From Octopus sinensis (Eukaryota), in NCBI RefSeq assembly GCF_006345805.1, contig NW_021832848.1:1-45381 (forward strand): 45,381 bases of DNA. Reading direction: 5' to 3'. Positions 25,642 to 36,052 of this stretch are shown one piece after another (the first letter of the stretch is position 1; each line of letters starts with the position of its first letter). A program made the translations under genes and the position numbers. The notes under the pieces were generated by a model. That model saw only the letters and a list, made by a program, of their open reading frames with translations, ran no database searches and was not told where the DNA came from.

Positions 25642-25855
25642 GCAATAATAATTCTCTAAACGAGATATAGACAGTAACTGCTCCATAACATAAGGGACGT
25701 TAGCCATCTGAATGTGGCTAGGGACAGGGCAGGGCGGTGGGGGTGTTACTGATGCATTTAGCCCCAGGCGATCATCAACGTCACCAGGAGGGCTGACGCC
25801 ATCCCGGCGTCCTCTAGCCTGCAAAGGGAGATCATTCCCCGAAGAAGCGGATGCC

Positions 25856-25902
25856 ACATACGGACCTAGGTTTCAAGGTGTTTGCCTATTATCAACGTAT
25901 AT
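25856..25902 (-). ncRNA. Minimal type I hammerhead ribozyme-like motif, U3-A8 core variant
   Basis: Minus strand AUAUACG-UUGAUAA-UAGGCAAACACCUU-GAAA-CCUAGGU-C-CGUAUGU: 7-bp stem I, palindromic stem III ACCUAGGU, GUC triplet. Confidence 0.65.
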
Positions 25903-25970
25903 TTATTACACACATGTGAGTGAGAACACTTTGAGATATTTTTGGTATCTAACATATGTCAGATACTGCG

Positions 25971-26126
25971 AGCGCTGCTTCTGATTGGTCAATCCATGGT
26001 GATGACCCGAGGTCACGGTGACAGCGCTGCTTCTGATTGGTCAATCCATGGTGATGACCCGAGGTCACGGTGACAGCGCTGCTTCTGATTGGTCAATCCA
26101 TGGTGATGACCCGACGTCACGGTGAC
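25971..26126. repeat. 3 x 52-bp tandem repeat
   Basis: AGCGCTGCTTCTGATTGGTCAATCCATGGTGATGACCCGAGGTCACGGTGAC at 25971, 26023 and 26075. Confidence 0.95.
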
Positions 26127-26235
26127 GGCACTACTTTTGTCATTCATAAGTTACAACTAAACGTGAAGAATTTAGTTATTGGCTTAATAAAATATGGTCG
26201 TTTATTCGTGTGTAATAATAAAATACCAAACTCAT

Positions 26236-26308
26236 TCCCTATGGATACCGTATTTATTACAACTCGTTTACAAGCCACTCGTTGTAATAAATACGGTATC
26301 CATAGGGA
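26236..26308. repeat. Perfect 28-bp inverted repeat with 17-nt spacer
   Basis: TCCCTATGGATACCGTATTTATTACAAC (26236-26263) and its exact reverse complement (26281-26308). Confidence 0.95.
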
Positions 26309-26572
26309 CTCGTTGGTTATTTCTATATATATTCAGTCAAACTAATGCACCTGCTTGTTATTCCTGCACCTGTCTTCGTTTTTTGTTGTTTTCTGTAAAT
26401 ATATCCTTTTATAATGTGTGCTGCAAGATTCTTGATGTGAAACCGTGCGTTGAAACAGATATGTTGTATTTCGAGATAGTTATTTTTCCCCTCTTTTTGC
26501 CAATAAACAGGCGCACTATATAATTCCCTTTTCACTCATTTATTACTGTTCTTATTCTAATTTATGTTTATC

Positions 26573-26614
26573 GTCGGGAAATCTTTCGTCACACTCTGTG
26601 AACTCTTCAGCGAC
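26573..26614 (-). ncRNA. Minimal type I hammerhead ribozyme-like motif, canonical core
   Basis: Minus strand GUCG-CUGAAGA-GUUCACAGAGUGUGAC-GAAA-GAUUUCC-CGAC: stem I GUCG/CGAC, stem II with one bulge. Stem III/cleavage region imperfect. Confidence 0.6.
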
Positions 26615-26844
26615 ACTTTCTGTCTTCGTGTGTACTCTTGCTCCGCTTTTATACATATACACACATACGCGAGTAAATATACGGGTAAAACCTTGTGGTA
26701 TGCTATATAAAGCTCGTATAAAGTCTTACTCAAAGAAGGTGCATTTCACACCTTGAATGGTGATAATGATTACACAACATCTCACCAATGAATAAGTGTA
26801 AAAATGTGTCGAACAATTGTAATGTTTATAGATAATGTCATATA

Positions 26845-26880
<36 letters not shown>

Positions 26881-27273
26881 TGTATGTATGTATGTATGTA
26901 TGTATGTATATATATACTTACATATATATGTATATACATATGCATATATGGGTTCAGGACGTCACAGAAGGTAAACAACAGGAAATACGAAATACGAAAA
27001 TGGAATACGAACTTTTTTGCGAACAGCGAAGAAACAATAGTATCGATAATGCCCGAAATTGCGTTTGACTCCTCTTGCTGATAACTGATGAAGAATTTGT
27101 GACCTCGTGTGTTTCTGTTCGCCTGTGCATTTAGTATGTGTTCGTTTGTTTATTTACAATACGTTTATTTTTAATTATATATATATAGATATGTCATATT
27201 TTCCGTTTGTTGTCTTTTTATTTAATCCTGAAGATATTATTTATGTAACGCACGCACTCATTAATCTTTTACC

Positions 27274-27304
<31 letters not shown>

Positions 27305-27523
27305 ATGTGTGCGTGTGTGTGTGTGTGCGCGCGCGCGCGCGTGTGTGTGTGTGTTAGTTCAAATTTACAGAAACAACGACGAAGACAGGTGAAAGAACAA
27401 CAAGCAGAGTTTGAAGGTTTTTTAGTTATAGAAATCGACCCCAGGACTTACTCTTGGGAACCTAGCACTATTCTATCGGTTTCTTTTCCAAAACGCTAAG
27501 CTACGGGACGTGTATATATATAC

Positions 27524-27555
<32 letters not shown>

Positions 27556-27586
27556 CTATATATATAATATATATATATTATATATA

Positions 27587-27830
27587 GGCGTAGGAGTGAC
27601 TGTGTGACAAGAAGTTTGCTGCCTGGTCACTAGGTCAAATAGATTTGGACGATGGAAACTGAAAAAAGCCCGTCGTATATACGTGTTTGTGAGCCGGAGG
27701 GGGCTAGCTTCGTGCTTGTCCCAGACAACCGCTTGTTGACTTCCTTTCCATCCCCGCAACTTAGAAGTTCGACGAAATTAACCGATAGAATATGTCGAAT
27801 GACTGAGACAGTAAATGTTTTTTTTTAGAT
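27587..27830 (+). mobile_element. Degenerate family-A SINE
   Basis: GGCGTAGGAGTGACTGTGTGACAAGAAG...GATGGAAACTGAAAAAAGCCCGTCGTATAT...ACCGATAGAAT. Confidence 0.7.
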
Positions 27831-28057
27831 ATATCGTAGTAATATCTAAGTAGTTGTGGTTTACGACCAGTCAGGACGTTACCATTGGTTTCACACTTTT
27901 TATACTCTTAGCAATATAGACGTCTCCCACGGCTAAGAACGTAAAAGGCGCGAAAGCAAAGGTGACTCCCTGACCGGCCATACCAGCCACATAGTTTCGG
28001 GTTCATTCACACTGCGTGGCACCTTAGAACCTAGGGTTGGATTCAAAATTCTACCAG

Positions 28058-28103
28058 GACACCTGATGAAGGCTGGAGAGTAAATCAGCCGAAATTTTGT
28101 GGT
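28058..28103 (+). ncRNA. Penelope-type hammerhead motif, stem III decayed
   Basis: GACAC-CUGAUGA-A-GGCUG(GAGAGUAAAU)CAGCC-GAAA-UUUU-GUGGU: intact core and 5-bp stem II. The expected ACGU palindrome reads AUUU. Confidence 0.6.
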
Positions 28104-28690
28104 AGCAACAAACAAGATGAGGACAAATAACCGTCCAATGTAAAAAATGTAAATATTGTACAGAATTCCTCATCTCTAAAATATAGAACAATTTATGATT
28201 GTTTAAAAAATTCCATGTTGACTTAATCTTGCATCGTGTTTTTAAACGACTCCACAATTAATGATGTAGTCATATCCGTTGTACAGATACCCCGTTCATA
28301 GAAATGATCCCTCGCAACTCTCTACAAAAAATAATATGCTGAAGTGTTTGTCTATCGCTTAAATATAGGACATTAATCAATGTTTATAGTGGACGACACA
28401 GCGGTCACGTTTATAAACATGATTGAAGATAAGTCAAAATGAATTTGTAGAAATAATTGTAAACTATGAAACAAAAATAATAACGCAAACTCCACTTTTC
28501 AGTGCTTATTACTTCTGTAACCCCTAAGAGGAAACATGACTCCTCCTTCACTCCTCTACCCTTCATTTATGGTTTGAGAATAATTCTATAATGTTGTAAA
28601 CTGGAATGGAATTTACTCTCTTTCTGCTCACATCCTTCACCATTTAATGCTACTTGCTTTGCATCTTTTAGAGAGATAGATTAGATATAA

Positions 28691-29083
28691 CTAGCAGTAT
28701 CGCCCGGCGTTGCTCGGGTTTGTAAGGGAAATAACTATATAAGTATTTTTAGAGAGTTATAGCCAAAAAATAGCAAAAAAATGCATTAAAAATGGAAAAA
28801 AATTATGGTAATTTTTTTTTAAATCGTTGACTCATCGTAGACATTTTTAGAGAGTTACTTCCCTTATAAATATCGAAAAAATGCATTAAAAATGGAAAAA
28901 AATGATGGTAAATTTTTTTTAAATCGTAGACTCATCGTAGACGCGCGCTAATACCCAGAAGGGCTCGATATGAATCACGACTATAAGATACCCGGTTTTG
29001 GTTAAACTGCACCGCAAAATGTGGGAGTAGTTAGGAATCTAAATCGTAGGAGACAGACACACAACCTCTTTTATATATAAAGA
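28691..29083 (-). mobile_element. Non-autonomous Helitron (~393 bp), subfamily 2
   Basis: Same TC start, hairpin and CTAG end, A|T insertion site; internal ~100-bp duplication. Confidence 0.88.
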
Positions 29084-29134
29084 TAAACTCAAAGAGCAAC
29101 TAGAAAGTGAAAGTAGTTTCTAACTTAGGATGTC

Positions 29135-29555
29135 TCATAGATAGTGGTGGTGGCAATGGTGTTGGAGGTGGTAGATGTGGTTATCATGGCAGTGGTGGTG
29201 TAGTGGTGACAGTGGATGTGTATGATGGCAGAAATTATAGTGTTGGTGTTTTTGTAGAGGTGGTGGTGTGGTGGTGGTGCGGCAGTGGATGATGATGATA
29301 ATGATGATGATAGTAGTAGTAGCATTTATTATGTTAGGATGTCTCATGGATGGTAGAGTTGAAGACATTGCAGAGTGTAGTGGTGGTGAAATTGGTGATT
29401 TTGAATATGATGCTGGTATTGATCTTGGGGTTGTGGTTGCAGAAGATGGTTGTGGTGGTGGCATTCGAGGTTGTAGTAATGGTTGTAGTGGTGGTTGTGA
29501 AGATGATTCTGATATTGATAGTCTTTGCATTGAGGTGGTGGCAGAGTCAGAGTAA
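29135..29555. repeat. Degenerate (GGT/GAT/AGT)n low-complexity tract
   Basis: Trinucleotide-like composition; overlapping ORFs in several frames on both strands. Confidence 0.8.
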
Positions 29556-30274
29556 ATAATAAGAGCCGAGTTAACACAAGATTCTTAAATTTCGGAGATC
29601 ATAAGATAGAGAGCAAGAAGTTAAAAGTTCCAATACTGGCCCAATACCTACCACCCCAGATTCTTCAACTATTTTATAAGAAAGGGGTTAATGGCAGGAT
29701 AGGGATTCAGCTTTAAAATAAATTGTATAACAAAAAATACATAAATAAATTACTGCTCCAACGATGTAATTTTAGTATGTGTGTATGTATGTGTGTGTGT
29801 GTAAGCAATGCAAACAATGGAAAATAATTTAAGCACTCATTTTCTGATGTCTCAGGATGGATATTTATGCGTATGAATCTTTTTCTTTTTATTTTCTTTG
29901 AAATATAATTCTAGGGAACTGAAAAAGCTGTGTACGATGCCAAGCGAATTTAGCTGTTTACGATGAGCGGATGTTTACGTCACAAACGAATCTGTAGGTC
30001 TGTTTACATGTTTACGTTAACCACGTCACAAAATAGCTGTTTACGCCACAGTAACAATATTTTGAGAGGCAGCAAATAATATGAGGCCGAAAGAAAGAAT
30101 ACCATTGGTTAAAATTCGAATTATTAAACAACGTTAAACTTAGAAATTACAATTCCGTTTTCATTTTGGGTTACAATTATGTTTTCTTTTGACACATTCT
30201 ACCAGTATACGAAGTTTCAAATTGTTTAGTTAACTAAGAAAATCTGGCCTTCAAACTGAAAAGATCCCTGGTTT

Positions 30275-30642
30275 TAGCTTTAAGGTTTTAGGGTTAGGGT
30301 TTTAGGGTTAGTGTTAGGGTTTTAGGGTTAGGGTTAAAGTTTTAGAGTTAGAGTTTTAGGGTTTTAGAGTTAGGGGGTCAGGGTTAAGGTTTTAGGGTTA
30401 GGGTTAGGATTTTTAGTGTTAGGGTTAGGGTTAGGGTTTTAGGGTTAGAGTTAGGGTTGGGGTTTTAGGGTTAGAGTTACGGAAAAAAATGAAAAATGAA
30501 GATAGGGTTAGGGTTTTTGAGTTAGGGTTAAGGTTAGGGTGTTAGAGTTAGGGTTAGGGTTAGAGTTTTAGAGTTAGGGTTTTAGGGTTAGGGTTTTAGG
30601 TTAGGGTTAGGGTTAGGGTTGGGGTTTTATGGTTAGAGTTAC
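30275..30642 (+). repeat. Interstitial telomere-like repeat (TTAGGG with TTTTAGGG/TTAGAG variants)
   Basis: Dozens of TTAGGG-like units; internal duplication of ...GGGTTAGAGTTACGGAAAAAAATGAAAAATGAAGA at ~30470 and ~30630. Confidence 0.85.
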
Positions 30643-30748
30643 GGATAAAAATGAAAAATGAAGAAATTGGAGGAGTAGATGTAGGGGATATGATGATCCA
30701 CATTAATTTGGATATAAAGAATGCCTTTTGCTATTAAAAATGCTTCTG

Positions 30749-32012
30749 GGATCTTTTCGGTTTGAACGGCAGTTTTTTCTAGCGGTGTCATATGAAATTG
30801 TCACCCATAATTATGACCCTAGTATCGATATATTGCATTTCAATGTGTTTTAGGGTTAGGATTAGGGGTGGGGGGAAGAGTATCTTTTTTCTTCACAAAT
30901 GTAAATAAACCCAATCTGTTTCTTAAACGAGGGACATATTCATATGGCACAGAATGTTTTTTACCTCAATAGACGTCATTGATGGGTTGAAATTGCAGAA
31001 ATTGAAGAAAAAAACCAACAAATATTTTACAAACTTTAGAATTTTCTCAATAAAGCCAAGAGAAAAAAGATGTTTTATAAACACATTCTACCAGTATACG
31101 AAGTTTAAAAGTGTTTAGTTACTCTTTACTCTCTCTTTTACTCTTTTACTTGTTTCAGTCATTTGACTGCGGCCACGCTGGAGCACTGCCTTTAGTCGAG
31201 CAAATCGACCCCGGGACTTATTCTTTGTAAGCCCAGTACTTATTCTATCGGACCCTTTCGCCGAACCGCTAAGTAACGGGGACATAAACACACCAGCATC
31301 GGTTGTCAAGCAATGCTAGGGGGACAAACACAGACACACAAACATACATATATATATATATACATATATACGACAGGCTTCTTTCAGTTTCCGTCTACCA
31401 AATCCACTCACAAGGCTTTGGTCAGCCCGAGGCTATAGCAGAAGACACTTGCCCAAGATGCCACGCAGTGGGATTGAACCCGGAACCATGTGGTTGGTAA
31501 GCAAGCTACTTACCACACAGCCACTCCTGCGCCTATGTTACTCTCTTTACTCTTTTACTCTTTTACTTGTTTCAGTCATTTGACTGCGGCCATGCTGGAG
31601 CACCGCCTTTAGTCGAGCAAATCGACCCCGGGACTTATTCTTTGTAAGCCCAGTACTTATTCTATCGGACCCTTTTGCTGAACCGCTAAGTAACGGGGAC
31701 ATAAACACACCAGCATCGGTTGTCAAGCAATGCTAGGGGGACAAACACAGACACACAAACATATACATACACATGCATATATATAAATACATATATACGA
31801 CAGGCTTCTTACAGTTTCCGGCTACCAAATCCACTCACAAGGCATTGGTTGGCCCAAGGCTATAGCAGAAGACACTTGCCCAAGGTGCCATGTAGTGGGA
31901 CTGATCCCGGAACCATGTGGTTGGTAAGCAAGCTACTTACCACACAGCCACTCCTGCGCCTATGTTACGTGGAAATTATTTTAAAAAACTGCCGGTCAAA
32001 CCGAAAAGATCC
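30749..32012. mobile_element. Non-autonomous DNA transposon: 30-bp TIRs, 8-bp TSD, interrupted by a SINE dimer
   Basis: TIR GGATCTTTTCGGTTTGAACGGCAGTTTTTT at 30749-30778 and its reverse complement (1 mismatch) at 31983-32012. TGCTTCTG at 30741-30748 and 32013-32020. Confidence 0.88.
31118..31961 (-). mobile_element. Head-to-tail dimer of full-length family-A SINEs
   Basis: Two ~420-bp copies (~31118-31534, ~31537-31961). GTTAC occurs at the left, middle and right junctions. Confidence 0.92.
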
Positions 32013-32417
32013 TGCTTCTGTTGCTAATAATTATTTTTAGAATATTTCTAACACAAAGTTGTTTTTTTTTTTTATTTAGGTGAACAAACAAAGTCCAAAA
32101 GACTAGTTTAGCAACTGAAAGAAAACTAAACACATCTGTCATTAGATTATTAATTGCTCCATAATTTATTCGTTATGTTGTTTGTTACAAAGAGTGATTA
32201 CCAAATATGTCAATTTGATAGATTTACACAGGAAAAAAATCAAATATTCCATTTTTTTCTATAGATATTGAATGGTTGTGACAGGTATTTTTTTTAAGCT
32301 GACATAACTGTATTTGTAATTGATGGCAATGTAGAAAAACCTTGTTTTCTTCAAGATGAAGATTAGAGAGAAACAAGTTTCAGAGATTACGTATAAAGCA
32401 GTCTTTTAAACAAGACT

Positions 32418-32819
32418 ATCATCATCATCATCGTTTAACATCCGCTTTCCATGCTAGCATGGGTTGGACGGTTCAACTGGAGTCTGGGAAGCCCGAAGGC
32501 TGCACCAGGCCCAGTCTGATCTGGCAGTGTTTCTACAGCTGGATGCCCTTCCTAACGCCAACCACTCCGTGAGTGTAGTGGGTGCTTTTTACGTGCCACC
32601 GGCACGGGGGCCAGACGAGGCTGGCAACGGTCACGGTCGGTTGGTGCTTTTTACATGCCACCGGCACGGGGGCCAGTTGCGGTGGCGCTGGCAACAGACA
32701 CGTTTGGATGGTTCTCTTACATGCTACCAGCACTGGTATCACAGCTACAATTTCCATTGATGTTGAACAATTTCGATTTTGATTTTGATTTTCACTTGCC
32801 TCAACAGGTCTTCACAAGT
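32418..32819 (-). mobile_element. 3' UTR fragment of the second RTE family
   Basis: Reverse complement of the 23740-24256 region including the (GAT)n tail, with different minisatellite units. Confidence 0.9.
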
Positions 32820-32893
32820 AGGGTGTGTGTATTTATTTATTTTTATATTTATATTTATTTATATTTATAACTTAACCTTATGTACTTTCTAAA

Positions 32894-33017
32894 ATCTCTG
32901 ACGAAGCCTAGAGAAACACCCAAGTAACTCAATTTCATCTCCTTATTACTTCAGTCTACTGGAGGGATAAAGGTAGAATGAGGTATTTTTACCTCTTAGC
33001 TGAAACAGCTGTAAGCT
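32894..33017 (+). ncRNA. Type I hammerhead motif with extended stem II/loop
   Basis: AUCU-CUGACGA-A-GCCUAGAG...(~80 nt)...CUCUUAGCU-GAAA-CAGCUGU-A-AGCU: intact core, palindromic stem III ACAGCUGU, GUA triplet. A second 3' half (UAGCCGAAACAGCUGUAAGAU) lies at 33412-33432. Confidence 0.65.
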
Positions 33018-33258
33018 ATTTTCCCAATTTATATTCCTGTATGTTATATTTTAATAATTACTGGTGTCTTTATATATTAATATATTTTTATATGTAAAGT
33101 ATATGTTATACATGTATGTATATTCTTGTAATTGTCAAATATATTTCTGCTCTAATACTTTAGAGTATGCATCTTTTTTTGGATATATGAACTGACTATT
33201 ATATATATATATTTATATTTCCTCTGTCTTCTCTTCTCTGGATCTTTCCTTTTCCTAT

Positions 33259-33293
33259 GTTTCCGACAAAGAGCTCCGCTCGAAACGTTAAAC
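33259..33293 (+). ncRNA. Decayed minimal hammerhead motif
   Basis: GUUU-CCGACAA-A-GAGC(UCC)GCUC-GAAA-CGU-U-AAAC: all three stems intact, core CUGANGA mutated to CCGACAA. Confidence 0.55.
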
Positions 33294-33381
33294 CCTCCTT
33301 CTTTCCTTAGCATCCAATAATACTATATTTGTTCCACGTCCTCGCGTTGTTGTGTTTTTTTGTGCTTTCTTGCTTGGATTA

Positions 33382-33413
<32 letters not shown>

Positions 33414-33662
33414 GCCGAAACAGCTGTAAGATATAGTGTATATTTATATTTATATCTATTTATATTTATTTATTTATATCCTCTTATAATGATTGTACCT
33501 ATTGTATTGTATTACTCATCATGTACGCTGTTTTGTTATATATTTTTATGTTTAACCTTAATTTTCTTATGTAGTGGTTCAATAAAGATTGTGATTGGGT
33601 ATTATCTGGTAGTTGATTAATGATTTAGAGTATTTCTCCATTTTCTGATTTTGTATATATAT

Positions 33663-33724
<62 letters not shown>

Positions 33725-34298
33725 GCTCTTTCTAGCAAAAGGATTCCTATGATGGAAGCCTCTTAATGTGTTTTAATGTACACTGTATTTTATATGAATA
33801 ATATATTGTCTATTGACTAATTTTTTTATGCTAGGCCACTGGTAGTAAAAATTTCTAAACTTTTTATTACCCTGATTTAATTAATTATGTATAATGATTT
33901 CTGGTTGATTCGTTCGAAGATTTTACCAGCATTTTCCTGCTGCCGACGAAAAAGACTACAATTGTGCAGTGGATTTGAAAAGAATTAAAATGTACAAGCA
34001 ATGAGACACATGCTGGATTGGCCTCATTGTTTGTATATTTAATCTATGGTGTTCCAGTTGATGAAGACTTCGCCTGGTAAATAATTTTTATTTACTAAAA
34101 TAAGTCAGAAACCATGGTCCAGGAATTAGATGGTAAATGTTTTTATTTTTCATTCCCTTCGAGAATTTATCCTTAATTAGTGGTTTGGACTTTAACTGTT
34201 CTTTCTAGCGTAAAGGATTCCTATGGTGAAGCCTCTTATTTGTTTTTATGTAGTACCCTGTATTCAATATGAAGTATATATATGTATATATTATATAC

Positions 34299-34334
<36 letters not shown>

Positions 34335-34482
34335 ATATATATATTATATATATGTATTCTATATTCTATATATATATATATATAGATATGTAGAGATATA
34401 TATATATATCTATATAATATATTATATATATATATGTATATATATATATATAGGTATATATATATATATACTATATATATAA

Positions 34483-34550
<68 letters not shown>

Positions 34551-34810
34551 TATATTTATGTATATATATTACTATATATATACCAGTAATCTCTGACTAT
34601 CGCAGGGTGTTACATTCCACACCACCACCCCTGCGACAAGGTGAAAATCTGCAAAGTAGAAACAGTACTGTATATTTTTTTTATTACTTTTATAATTTAT
34701 ATATGTTTATTTTATAAAACTGTAAAATAGCACCACAGAGGATAGAGACGTAAGCTTAAATAATAAAAACCACAATAGGTGAACCGCATATGGGCGAGGG
34801 ATACTGTATG

Positions 34811-34842
<32 letters not shown>

Positions 34843-34873
34843 TAATATATGTATTATATACATTATATACATA

Positions 34874-35270
34874 GGCGTAGAGTGGCTGTGTGTAAGTAGC
34901 TTGCTAACTCAACCACCATGGTTCCGGGTTCAGTCCCATGCGTGGGCTCTTGGGCAAGTGTCTTCTGCTATAGCCTCGGGCCGACCAATGCCTTGTGAGT
35001 GGATTTGATAGACGGAAACTGAAAGAAGCCTGTCGTATATATGTATATATATATATATGTATGTGTCTGTGTTTGTTCCCCTAGCATTGCTTGACAACCG
35101 ATGCTGATGTGTTTACGTCCCCGTCACTTAGCGGTTCGGCAAAAAGAGACCGATAGAATAAGTACTGGGCTTACAAAAAGAATAAGTCCCGGGGTCGAGT
35201 TGCTCGACTAAAGGCGGTGCTCCAGCATGGCCACAGTCAAATGACTGAAACAAGTTAAAGAGTAAAAGAG
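34874..35270 (+). mobile_element. Full-length family-A SINE
   Basis: GGCGTAGAGTGGCTGTGTGTAAG head, GGTTCCGGGTTCAGTCCC B-box-like, tail GACTGAAACAAGTTAAAGAGTAAAAGAG. Confidence 0.92.
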
Positions 35271-35350
35271 AGAGATATATATAACACACAATATATATAT
35301 ATATATATACATACATATGTATGTATATATATATATATAATATATTATAT

Positions 35351-35427
<77 letters not shown>

Positions 35428-35429
<2 letters not shown>

Positions 35430-35804
35430 CTTTTATTCTGTTATTTGTTTCAGTCATTCGACTGCAGCACCATGCTGGAGCACCACTTTTAGTCAAGCAA
35501 ATCGACCCCAGGACTTATTCTTTGTAAGCCCAGTACTTATTCTATCGATCTCTTTTGCTGAACCACTAAGTTATGGGGACGTAAACACACCAGCATCGGT
35601 TGTCAAGCAATGTTGGGGGTACAAACACAGACACATAAACATATACATACATACATTTATAAATATATATTTCAGTTTCCGTCTACCAAATCCACTCACA
35701 AGGCTTTGGTCAGCACAAGGCTATAGTAGAAGACACTTGCCCAAGGTGCCATGCTGTGGGACTAAACCTGGGACCATGTGGTTGGTAAGCAAGCTACCTA
35801 TCAC
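35428..35804 (-). mobile_element. Near full-length family-A SINE, inverted relative to 34874-35270
   Basis: Reverse complement of the same consensus. Confidence 0.9.
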
Positions 35805-36027
35805 CTAGACTGTTGCCATAGTAACAAAGCTAAAGCATGCAGAGTGATCAACTGAAAGCAGTTTTGGCACAAACTTGACAGATACTTATCTCATACCCAA
35901 ATCTTCAGTGATAATGGGCTGAATTGAACCATAACGAATCCACACATTCTCTGATGACTCACAGTCAATCTATGCCAAGCAGCTTCACTCTGCGTACTTT
36001 ATCTTCATGACTATGGCAACAGTCTGG
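35805..36027. mobile_element. MITE-like element with ~16-18-bp TIRs
   Basis: AGACTGTTGCCATAGT at 35807-35822 and ACTATGGCAACAGTCT at 36010-36025. No TSD recognised. Confidence 0.55.
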
Positions 36028-36052
36028 TTACTTATTGATCAGACCTCGTATA

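Noticed and set aside
26425-26475. CTTGATGTG-AAC..GTT-GAAACAGATATGT hammerhead-like string
   Set aside because: The core deviates and stem I cannot be formed.
29107-29577. Pro/Thr/His- or Val/Gly-rich ORFs as mucin-like exons
   Set aside because: Degenerate trinucleotide tract, open in most frames, with no convincing splice sites.
30275-30642. True chromosome end
   Set aside because: Degenerate, short and flanked by ordinary sequence on both sides.
35945-35975. CTGATGA in the MITE as a ribozyme core
   Set aside because: No downstream stem II-GAAA arrangement.
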